NCBI GenBank assembly: GCA_950097015.1
Contig: CATNEN010000008.1
Span: 1,922,001 to 1,986,000, forward strand
Source: Macrostomum hystrix
Lineage: Eukaryota > Animalia > Platyhelminthes
Length of the DNA: 64,000 bases
Reading direction: 5' to 3'
The notes under the pieces were generated by a model that saw nothing but the letters and a program-made list of their open reading frames with translations, was not told where the DNA came from and did not search any database. Below are positions 50,577-61,127 of this stretch, in pieces (positions within the stretch are counted from its first letter, which is position 1; every line of letters starts with the position of its first letter). A program made the translations under genes and the position numbers.

Positions 50577-50819
50577 ATGAACCATTGTCGGCACTCCCCG
50601 TTTGAAGTGAGCAAGCTGGCGGATGCCCTGGCAATTCAGCGCTGCATGGTTGAGCAGCTACGTGTTGAAGCTGGCCTCGAACGGCAGCCGGTGTCGCGCA
50701 CTGTGGCCGAGCTCATCAAGTACTGCGAGGAGCGGGCAGCTGACGATCTGCTGATCAACGGCTTCACAAAACAGACGGAGAATCCTTTCAAGGAGAAGGG
50801 CGGCTGCACCGCACTGTGA
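50577..50819 (+). CDS. GNG: Heterotrimeric G-protein gamma subunit B (~80 aa, CaaX CTAL)
   Basis: ...QRCMVEQLRVEAGLERQPVSRTVAELIKYCEERAADDLLINGFTKQTENPFKEKGGCTAL. The start ATG at 50577 is inferred. Confidence 0.9.
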   Translation: MNHCRHSPFEVSKLADALAIQRCMVEQLRVEAGLERQPVSRTVAELIKYCEERAADDLLINGFTKQTENPFKEKGGCTAL

Positions 50820-53013
50820 GATCCAACCAGTCCTATTAGTGCCTAATAGTTCAATGATCGCCAGCTCTCAACGATTTACTCTTTTTCTGCTCCTGTCTTT
50901 TTGCCACTTACGAGCGAATTTATTCTGACTGCACAATGCGCAGTCGTGACTGTAGTAGGACGCGTCCTTAGCGCCACTACATGGGCAAATAATATTAAAG
51001 ATTACTCGATTAGTGAAAAAAGTCTCAAAAGGTATGTTTCATGGATCTTGTTTCTAGGGAGAACATACTCCTGTTTACCAACATTAAGGAAGGCTTGGTC
51101 CCTACGCGGTGCATAATTGGTCCCTTGAGAGGCCTAGATATACATTGAGATGCATCAAACGTAAAGTTTGTTTTTTGCTAGAAATATGATCTGACGGAAT
51201 TTGCTTAGTTAAATAACTGATCCGTCATCAAATGGTAAAGTCGAATGCGCGCGTGCTTGCTGCAGCCTCATTCACAGAGAAAATGTATTTGAGCAGTTGA
51301 TAAACTTGCGATGCGAGCTGCTTAGTAAGACTTATCCTGTTTCATATTTAATGTTCATCAGCTGATCATCATTTTATCCCCGCTTTGCAATTAGTGGCTT
51401 TCTAATTGATTTCTATAATAAATTTGTTACTCAAATACAGTATAGGAGTATTTGCCCGATGCGAGTATAAGCGAAGTGTACTTTAATAATCAAATTCTAT
51501 TTCTAATATTATCCGATAATCTCTAGCTAACCAACGTCTGTCCTTTTTATTTTGTTTTATTTCACGTGCTGAGACGAAACAAATAAAACGAAAGTCGCCT
51601 TGCGTTATACTTTAATATACGCGCCTAAATCTAAATTAAGTTTAATTAAGAATAATGAATTACATCTGACACAAGCGGGCCAGATGTACAGTCGAGAGCT
51701 CAGCCGCAGCTATTGCCTTTTTAATGCGGCTGTTCAGTCCATGGACTGGAGGACGCCACAACGACCCTCAAATATCCCAGCTGATGCTGGTACCCATTCA
51801 ACAGCTGCATGGGTAAACTGAATTAACTGTATAGAACTACCAAGTTCAAGCAGCTCTGTCTAGACTCTAGATAAAGGTAGGTGATCACCGAAGTCTGAGA
51901 TGATGCAGGCACATTCGGGTGACGCGTTGATAAAGTTTGAAGGCCTGGCAAGGCCGCACTGAGGCGCAGTGCGAATTCGTGTATTGGGGTGTATGAAATA
52001 CACTAGCTCTTATTGGAAAAATCTGACCTTCGCCCAGAACTGTTGAATATCTCGACGGTCTGAAGGGCTGGCGACTTGATTACTCGTATTGTTGGCCCGT
52101 GTTTTTTGAGTTTAGTGTGCTTCCGTTGCTCCGTTCAGGTACAGCAAAACTTTTTCCCCAATTGGTACAAACACGGGCGGCAAAAGGGCTTGGTAGTCCT
52201 TCTGTTAGTGCAAAGTCAAGTATATCTTTCTATAGGAGACAAGCTGTTCCAACGAAGACAAGAATCGAACCACTGACCTTTAATTTTCGAGTTTGATTCT
52301 TATAGATTCGTAGTCCACAACCCCTGCTTATAAAATAACTTGATGTATAGTTATTTTTATTAATAACCCGTGCTATCATAGTATAGTTTCAGGTATTTAC
52401 CATGAAATAGCCCAGTTTTGCCTCAGTTGTAAAGGACCCATCGACAGTAAGCTGACTTCCTCAGTAATTACAATAATCCCAGTTCGCTTTTGTGACATCT
52501 AATATTGCGAAATAGCAGTAAGAAGTATGCTGAGACAGAATGGACCTGAGGGGAAGAATTAAAAAGAGTAAAGTGAATAGGCTTTAGAAATTGGTTGCCG
52601 TTCGATCTACTCTTTTAGTAAGGCCTGTCAAAGCGTGCGTAAATATAATTAAATTAACCGTTTCGCTGCATGAGTTCCACATGCTGCCATGGAATTGCAT
52701 AGAGGCAAATTATGGATTGATTATTGTTTATTAACTAAACGAGTGCTTCATGAGAAAAATCGGATGCTTCGTATATACTACACGCTTGTACTTGCTATTT
52801 CAGCTAAAGTGCTCTAATAATTAACACGATTAATATACAGAGGACAGAGACGAAATTAAACACTAAAATGTTGCGTATAGATCTTTGTTTTTCTTTTCTA
52901 TATGAAGTCTTAACTTTTTATTATTAATGGTCCATTCGCCTATAGCGGGCCTCAAAATGAAGTCAATTGTATGAACCCGTTTCTCTCTGATCTCCTGTTT
53001 GTTCCGCATAGAC

Positions 53014-53374
53014 CAGGGGTCGGCAAACTCCGGCCCGCGGGCCAGATCCGGCCCTCGAAGCTCCCAAATCCGGTCCGTTGCCCCTTCCAACACACACAGT
53101 ATCCTGTTTCATCTCTCTGATCTGGAGATGGAGAGTCTCATACTCTCCTCGGTCTCATCTGTAATGTCTTATCTCTCCTGTCTCATGTCTCCCTCTTCTC
53201 TGTCCCATCTCTTCTTTGTCTCATCTCTCCCCTGTCTCGTCTATCCCGTGTCTCATCTCTTCTCTGTCTCATCTGTCTCGATCCCGTTTCTCATATTCGA
53301 ACAGTTAATGCGGCCCGCTGTCGTCTTTTAGTTTCTCTCTGCGGCCCGCACGCTAATAAGTTTGCCGACCCCTG
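53014..53374. mobile_element. hAT (Charlie/Buster-type) MITE, 361 bp
   Basis: Perfect 16-bp TIR CAGGGGTCGGCAAACT/AGTTTGCCGACCCCTG. Perfect 8-bp TSD GCATAGAC at 53006-53013 and 53375-53382. Confidence 0.95.
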
Positions 53375-53401
53375 GCATAGACTGTTTCAAGTGTTGAAGT
53401 T

Positions 53402-53499
53402 TTATAACACCCGCCGAATTCCAGTTATGTGGCCCAAAGCCATCGACCACACATGCAGTCTCGGACCATACGATAACCGGAATTTGGCGGGTGTTATAA
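53402..53499. mobile_element. Small 98-bp MITE-like element
   Basis: 27-bp terminal inverted repeat (25/27 match), TTATAACACCCGCCRAATTCCRGTTAT. Confidence 0.7.
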
Positions 53500-55553
53500 T
53501 ACACGACATAGAATATAGTAGATTCTGTGGCTAACGATGCGTGATTAGCCCAAGAGATGATAGCCAGGCATGATATATAAAATGCCTAAAATTAGTTTTT
53601 TAAAGCGTTAACACCAAAACTCAAACTTACAATAATTAGCTGCCCATTTAAGTTCCGAACCTATTTAAACTGCACTGAAACTGTCTGGCTATGCTGTGCT
53701 GCATTGGGAACGCCATCTGTTTATGTTATGCTAGAATAATCATTTTTCTTCGCTTCGGCACTGCCGGTTAGGATATTGTTACCATTTCGGTTGCTCTAAA
53801 TAAATAAATCAAGCACTAAAATTATCCCGTCTCCACAGCCAAACACTGTAGCATACGCGACAACGTAGATTCACGTGGTATACACTTGAGGTGCCGCCGA
53901 AAATCACTTACGAGCGTATCCCCACAGATCAGACGTTTTTTATCCTCCAAAAGCCAACCCCACAAAAATATCCCATCGTATACCCAAGAGGACAGGCAGC
54001 TGTTACACATACACTTCTTGCACCCGGACGATCAATAAAAATAAGATAGAAAACAAGACGGGGCCTAATGTGGGCAGTATGGGATTTAAATGCCACTTCA
54101 AGCAGAGACAGTTCGGACTGAATGCCAATTGACTATCTAGCGTAGAAGCTTTATGAGACAGACGCTCATTGCGATTCTCTTTCCCAGGAGGCAGCTGCAT
54201 TTTTCATGAGCAAATAATTGCGAACCCCGGGCGAGAAGCGTCGGCAAACTCTTCAGGCGAAACGTTGTCGTAAATTTAGTGGCAAGAAGAAGGGACAGAA
54301 AATTAGCAGCTACGGATCGACGAGTTCTCTAAGGCGATTCAATTGAAAGAGTTTTATTAGCAAAAACTAAAGAGAAATTAATAAAAGTTATCCAGTCTTA
54401 TCGTGCTATTTATTTCTGAATAGTACATCTTCAAGTTATAAAAATGTAACAAAACACACCAAGGTGGGAAAGAACAAACAAAAGCAAGTAGCGATTAGCA
54501 AATACGAAACACTAAAATAATAGGAAACAGAAAAAGCTGAGAACTGAAAACTTCAAGGTGAAAAAGCTTTTGTCAAGATTTTATTCTACTATAAATTTCG
54601 GACGCGAAAATGCTATTTTAAGTAGTAAAATGCAACTTAGAAGAGAAAACGGAATTCTATAAAAAAGGCGACGGAAAAAATCACGATTGTACGAATTATA
54701 AAACGACTATCTATTAATTAAAGAACCATATTTGATTCATGAGCAGTTTATAAATAGAGCAGAGTCTAATATATTGTCTAGGGCAAATGCAACACCATAA
54801 AAGTTGGTATGTAAAAAATTACAACACGGTTCTAATTAGCAGTAGATACGAAGCCATTAGCGGTAGTGCCGACGATAAATAGTTTACGAGTATTTGAGAA
54901 AGTAGCTTTTAAATATTAAAACTAAGTTTTATAATCACTGACCAAATTCAACTAGTATAGGAGTTTATAAAGTTTTAATTCACGGATACGTTTAGTTTAA
55001 TTTAATAAAAGCAAAAAAAATTTAATTTAATTTAATAAATTGCTTTATAGCTTAATTTTGGATATAGCAGGCCTGCACTCATCTTTCTCTAAAAAGCCTA
55101 TTGATATGAATAGCTGCTTTTAAAGATGGTTTTTAAAATCTTAAGATCTACTCAAGCAAACATAAAATTTCTATACGATTTTGCAACACGATTATAACAT
55201 TATTGTGCACAGTTATTATGCTTCTATTTTGAAAATCGAAGTCACCATAGTACCAGCGACAAAAAGAATGTTTCACAAAAACTTAACTAAGAATCGGCAT
55301 GTTTAATTTAGGCTTATTTAGACTGAATCCAAAAATCATAGTCTAGCCAGAAAATCCGAAAGAAAAAAACTAAAAATCTAAACTCCCACTATAATTAATA
55401 ATACCCACATACTTTTGCGCACACTTAGATATTCTTCTAATTAAAAATAATCACGTAAATCTAAAAAGTATGCAAAAAAACACAAAATTGACGTTGAATT
55501 TGTAATTTTGAAGGCAGGTACAGAAGTCGCAAGTCATTGCAAGACATAATTGA

Positions 55554-58500
55554 TCATTCCATGACACGATCATTTTCGGCCGGCAGCAGTCGGCACACGC
55601 TGTTGGCAGGCAGTACTTCAATGCGAGCTGGTCCACAATGCGGTGCCAAGGACTGGTCCCCCGTTGCTAAGCGAAAGACGCAGACAGCAGCGGGCCAATC
55701 TGGACCAGTAAGTTCAGGTGGAAGCTCACGCAGGTTGACACAAGGCACCTTGGCCGAAATAAAGCCATAGTCGACAGCAAGCAGAGAGGCCGTGCGATTA
55801 GCGCCACTGTCGACTGAGAGTACAGAACCGCGATACCAACAGATACCACCTGAAGCCTTGAAGAAGAAAGCGACAAATTTGCCTGGGAATAGATAGCTAA
55901 CTGGCCTAATCAGCACACCGTGATAGTCGTACCAAAGGTGCATACGTGCAGCCAGCCGATGCAGCAGCTGCTGTGACCATGGTAATAGGTGCACTGATAA
56001 ATGTGCACTATCGGAAGCCGGAAGAACAACAACATCGTACAGATCTGGCGGCGGGATGGGTGCTGGCAAAATTTTCTCACAAAAATCTGGCGGCATTGTA
56101 GCAAAAATGTTGCGCATTTGTTCTGGTGTGTAGCGCAGACGAAGCTTAGCACGCTGTTGCGTCTGGTTACTAGAACAACTAGTAGTGGTAGCAGTTAATT
56201 TGCAAGATTTAAGACTACCAGAAGCTACCAGAGCGTTGGAAGTTTGCTCTTTGCTGCTTCTTAGATTACACGAGGTTGACAATGACGCATCCCTGCTTGT
56301 TGTGCTGATGAATTCAGTAAAGAAGTTTTCCATACCAAAAAGGATCTGTTTTGTTGACAACGGCGTTTGACTTTGGTCGCTTTCAAAAGTGACAGGACTG
56401 TCTCGTTTAACATGACGACCCACTGCCAACAGGTTGTTCATTACACACGTAGGAAGCTTGATCTCAGGAATATCAGAGCTGTCATCAGATTTAACACAAA
56501 AGTTTAGGCTTGTGAATGCAGTTAGCATGTTGCAAGCGTCGGATGCAAACTCGTTAGGCGAAGTCAAAATGCATTCGAAAGCGAGAAAATTTTGGTACAA
56601 CTCCTTAAGTTGAGGCAGTACTTTTAACTGCAGCGCATCAAGAGTGCCCTCCTCTTCATTGCCATAGTCTATATACAGCACTCGCACGGATTGAGAACAA
56701 ACAGCCTTAACTTCGGCTCGGAACCAACCGCCTTCAAACAATCCGATGCAGAACTGCCCTACTTTGGGATCAGTCAAGGTTTCAGCAGACGTAGCCACAG
56801 TTTCAAGCTGACTTTGTAGTGCATTTAGTGCGTCAATGTCACTGCTTTTTTGAATCCACAAATGCAGTCTCTTTTTATTGTCACCGATAATGGTCGCCGT
56901 TGTAACAACACCTTCAAAACTCCCGCTAAGGACATTCATTTTGACGGCCCACTTAGCATGTTCTTCGGTTTGCTGAGAAACGAATGAGGCTGAGCCAGAA
57001 TCGGGTGCGGTGACATGCTCGGTGTCGGCGGTAGTTAGAGACTGGAGGTCTGCATCAATTTGCACAACTGGAAGTTTAGACAAATTTGAATAAAAAGAAA
57101 ACTGCAATTCTGAATACTCAGTGATTTTTTCAGAGGCGTCAGTTTTAAAACAACAATGTTCCGGCGAATTAAGTATGCACTCCAAGGCGAAAGCGTCTCG
57201 AAACAGCTCCTCACGATGAGGCAGTGCTCTCAGCTGCAACTCTTCCATAGTGCCTTCCTCTTCATTACCATAGTCGAGGAATAATACTCGCACGGAAGTA
57301 GAGTCCACAGCTTTTATTTCGGCACGGTACCAGCCACCTTCGAATAAACCAATGCACAACTGTCCGATCTTCGGATCGGTAAGGTTCTCGGTAGAATCGG
57401 CCAAATTTTCAAGCTGGCACTGTAAATTAATCAACTCATCGAAATCGCAGATTCTTTGGACCCACAATCGCATCGCCTTTCCGTCTTTCATTAAAGCAGC
57501 AACAGATACGAGACCTGCAAACGAGCCGTTAAGACTGCTCTTGCGTATCGACTGTTTACCATTTACTCTTAAATCATCGTGGGCGATTGAGCACTTTGCT
57601 GGATTCATGTAAAAAGGATTTTGATTTATTCCTGAATCTGACTTTACTGTGAGCTCGTTTGATTCGTTTAGACATTTTCGGTTTTGGTCAACGAAATTGG
57701 AAGTAACATCCCTTCCGGGACAGGCCAGGATGCACTCAAAAGCAAAAGAGTCACAATATAGCCTCTCCTTGAAAGGCAACATTTTTAGATGCAATTCATT
57801 CGTTGAGCCTAGAACTTCGATGCCATAGTCCAACAAAAAAACTCCATGGACACCCAAAGATGTAGCTTGTACTTCAACGCGGCACCACTTGTCTTTATGC
57901 TTAGCGATACAAGTCTGCCCTATGAAGGGATCATGTATGTCTTGCGCGTAAGTGGCTTCAACGCCAAGCAAATCATGCAGAGCAGCCAGGTCTTCAATAT
58001 CGCAAGCACGGTGAATCCACAGGCGGAGATGTTTAGCGTCACCGACAATCGGTACAGCTGCAGCAACCATACCAGAGAACGTGCCGGTTAGCTGCCGCCG
58101 TTTTACGCGCCAATTATTTAGGCAATTTAATTTGCTCTCTGGACGCAAGTTAGTATCGAAGTTAGATACTGTTTCTTCGATTTCGTGTTTGCTAATAGAA
58201 ACAGCTGGTACATCATTCGGATTTTCACCAGAACTTTTTTGCTCACAGCTGCAAATTTCAAGTTCCAGAGATGAAAGAATATTACGATCGATGTTAACAG
58301 TTGGCAATCCAGCGAATAAATCTGGCGCCAGTTGGATGTCAACTTGGCCGAGAGCAGAGACAAAATTAATTGCGTCCGCTGCAAATTGGCAGCCCGTGGA
58401 GGAAGGTAGAATGCATTCGAAAGCGAGCGCCTCTCGATACAAATCATCAATAAATGGCAGTGCTTTTAACTGCAGTTCAGGCAGAATGCCTTCTTCATTT

Positions 58501-59029
58501 CTGCCACAGTCAATGAATAGCAACTTTACTTTGTTGGAACAAACAGCTCTTACTTTTGCTCTGAACCAGCAACCGTCAAAGAGTACAGCACAAATCTGTC
58601 CAACTTCTGGTTCAGTCAAATTCCGCTCACCAGCAACTACTTTGAGCTTTCTTTGCAAGGTAGTGAGGTCATCTAAATTGCTAGTCTTTTGAATCCACAA
58701 GTGCAAGTGCTGGGGATCCTCTACAGTAGCAGCTGTTATGAGGCCATTGAATGATCCAGTCCAAATAGGCTTTCCGATTTGCCATCCTATTGAGTCGATA
58801 ACAGGCTGTAGTGATTTGTCCTTAGTTTCAAAATCAACATTTTGATCATTATCGTCGCCAGTTGCATCCATCTGTTTTTCTTCAACAAGCGTCATCAAAA
58901 TATTTTCGTCGATAGTGACAATAGGCAAGCCAAGTATCTGTTGATCTTGCACAGTGAACTCAATTTGGCCAAGCTGCATAATCCGATCACACGCGTTGCG
59001 GATAAAATCCATATTGCCGGATGACTTGG
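55554..59029 (-). CDS. Multi-Tudor-domain protein, large 3' exon with five Tudor domains
   Basis: 1152-aa ORF with repeated G..C...F..GWYRA.V...V.F.DYGNEE motifs. A candidate phase-1 acceptor lies at 59031-59030. Confidence 0.88.
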
Positions 59030-61127
59030 CTTACAGATGAAGATTATGTTGTTCGCTTTCTTGGACTTGGCTGCGTAGAGTATACTGAAAAATTAAATCT
59101 ATATTTGCCTTTTTAAGTAGTAAGGATACGAAGCTACGCTGACAGTTTTTAATTAAAGCAATAAGAAACCGCGCTTAAGAAAGCGTAAAAAACGCTTGAA
59201 AATTATATCGAAGCTATTAAAAACATGCGAAATCTGCACTTGTTGCTGGATTGTTCAAATCTATCGACAAATAATACCTGCTTAAGTTTGGATTACTATT
59301 TTACTCTGCTTAAGAATTTTATACTTAAGTTTCTTAATGTGCCACTAACTGGTATTGACTACTAGTAGGTTTTGCTTTGTTAAAGCTGTAAAAACTACAA
59401 GCAAAATCGTGATCGAACCATACCACGGAACGCCCATGACCTGGAGTTTGGGGAGCACTATTTGACGATAAAGGGCTAACTGTCCAATAGCTGTAAAAAG
59501 TATAGTAGCTCTTAGTGACCAATTTTCCGGGAAACAATTAACGAACTTAATGATTGAAGCTGTTAAAACGGAGTCAAGTATAATTGTTATTCGATTGTTA
59601 TACATTCGGCAGTAAATAACCGAATAAATTTTTGTAATAAATCACAAAGACCACGTTGTTATTGTTATACATTTTTAAAAATGTAAAAATATTTATCACT
59701 ATCTATAGTGGCTGTACTAGAACAAAATCCAACCCGAAATATTTTTATTTTAATTTTGTGGGAAAGGGCGGATAGGGCCAGAGGCTGTAAAAGTAACTGA
59801 GACTTTTGGTTCTGTATGGCGTATCTCGTTAGACTTTTTGTGTCTAACGTGACTATCTAATGTCTCAACCTGCCTATACTACTATAACGAAAAGAAAATT
59901 CTTTCGGATCTTATAGAAGAAAAGCAAAAATGTAACGCAAAACGCTGTTTCGATTGTCACAACCGACGATAATTTTTGCTTATTTGTATTATATTTGTAT
60001 TACTTATTGTATAAGTACTTATTGTATTGTATAACTTATACTTTGTATTATAAGTTATTATTATGAAGAACAGTAAGAGAAGAGAATAAGTGACATGGTG
60101 AAAGAAACAGGGAAACAGCAATTAAGCAAACTAGAAAAGATAACAAGGGCTTTCAAAAAAATAAGCTAATTATTTCTTAGATAGACCACTAAATGCCGCA
60201 CCAAGGTGAGAAATTAGATTCCTGGAAGCGCAAAAATGTTTAAGTTGAGATGGGTAGATTAGAAAGAAACATAAATAACTGGCGCACTTCAAACATAAAC
60301 TGAAAGCTTTTTTAAAACGTTTATTATGCAACACTAAATTAAAACTTTAGTGTTGACAGTACTTGAAAGGAACAAAAGTACTAGCCACGTTTGCCACAAT
60401 TTAAGTAAATCGAGCAAATTACTGATATTACTAGACTGCAACTTAAACAGGATAAATAAAAAGCAACTGAACCAAATGCATTGCGTAAATGTGCAATAAA
60501 ACTGTGTAAAGGGGTTTTTAAACTGCGTTCTGAAAGGGATATATATTGCGACAAACAAAAGAGGCCATAAAAAAGTAAACAGACCGAAAGCCAACTACGT
60601 TTCAGCGTTTACACAACAACCACTGGATTACAAATTTGGCCTTAAAACAGTATTAAACTCTTCCTGATTAATAGGACGCCAGTAAACATAATTTACTATG
60701 AATTTAGAATTCATAATCGAATTTCTATCCCAGAAGTACCGACTGCTTTATCAATGCTAATCGCCCATCTAAAAAATGCTTGAACCCATATAATTAAATA
60801 GCGTTTGAGCTTAACCTTTATTGCAGAAATGCGCAGAAGCACTATTGTCTACAAAAGCAGTAGAAAGCAAAAGCCTATTATTGAGCGAAAAGAGACACCC
60901 AGAACAACGAACTGAATAGCATTCGGGAGAGAATATAAAAAATACTATGAATAAACCGAGACATAGCAGAAAGTATTAGAATGTAAAACAATTAAAATAA
61001 AGTTTTGCTGGCAAAGTGAAGATAAAGCCTAACCTATTTCAGAAAAATTGTGCAACAATTTTTTTTGCATACGAATTTTTGAAAAAGCACTACAACAGCT
61101 TGCGTGCCGAATATACAGAAAACATAC

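Noticed and set aside
54240-54275. TCTTCAG next to GAAACGTTGTC, hammerhead-like words
   Set aside because: The two core halves lie on opposite strands, so no ribozyme can form.
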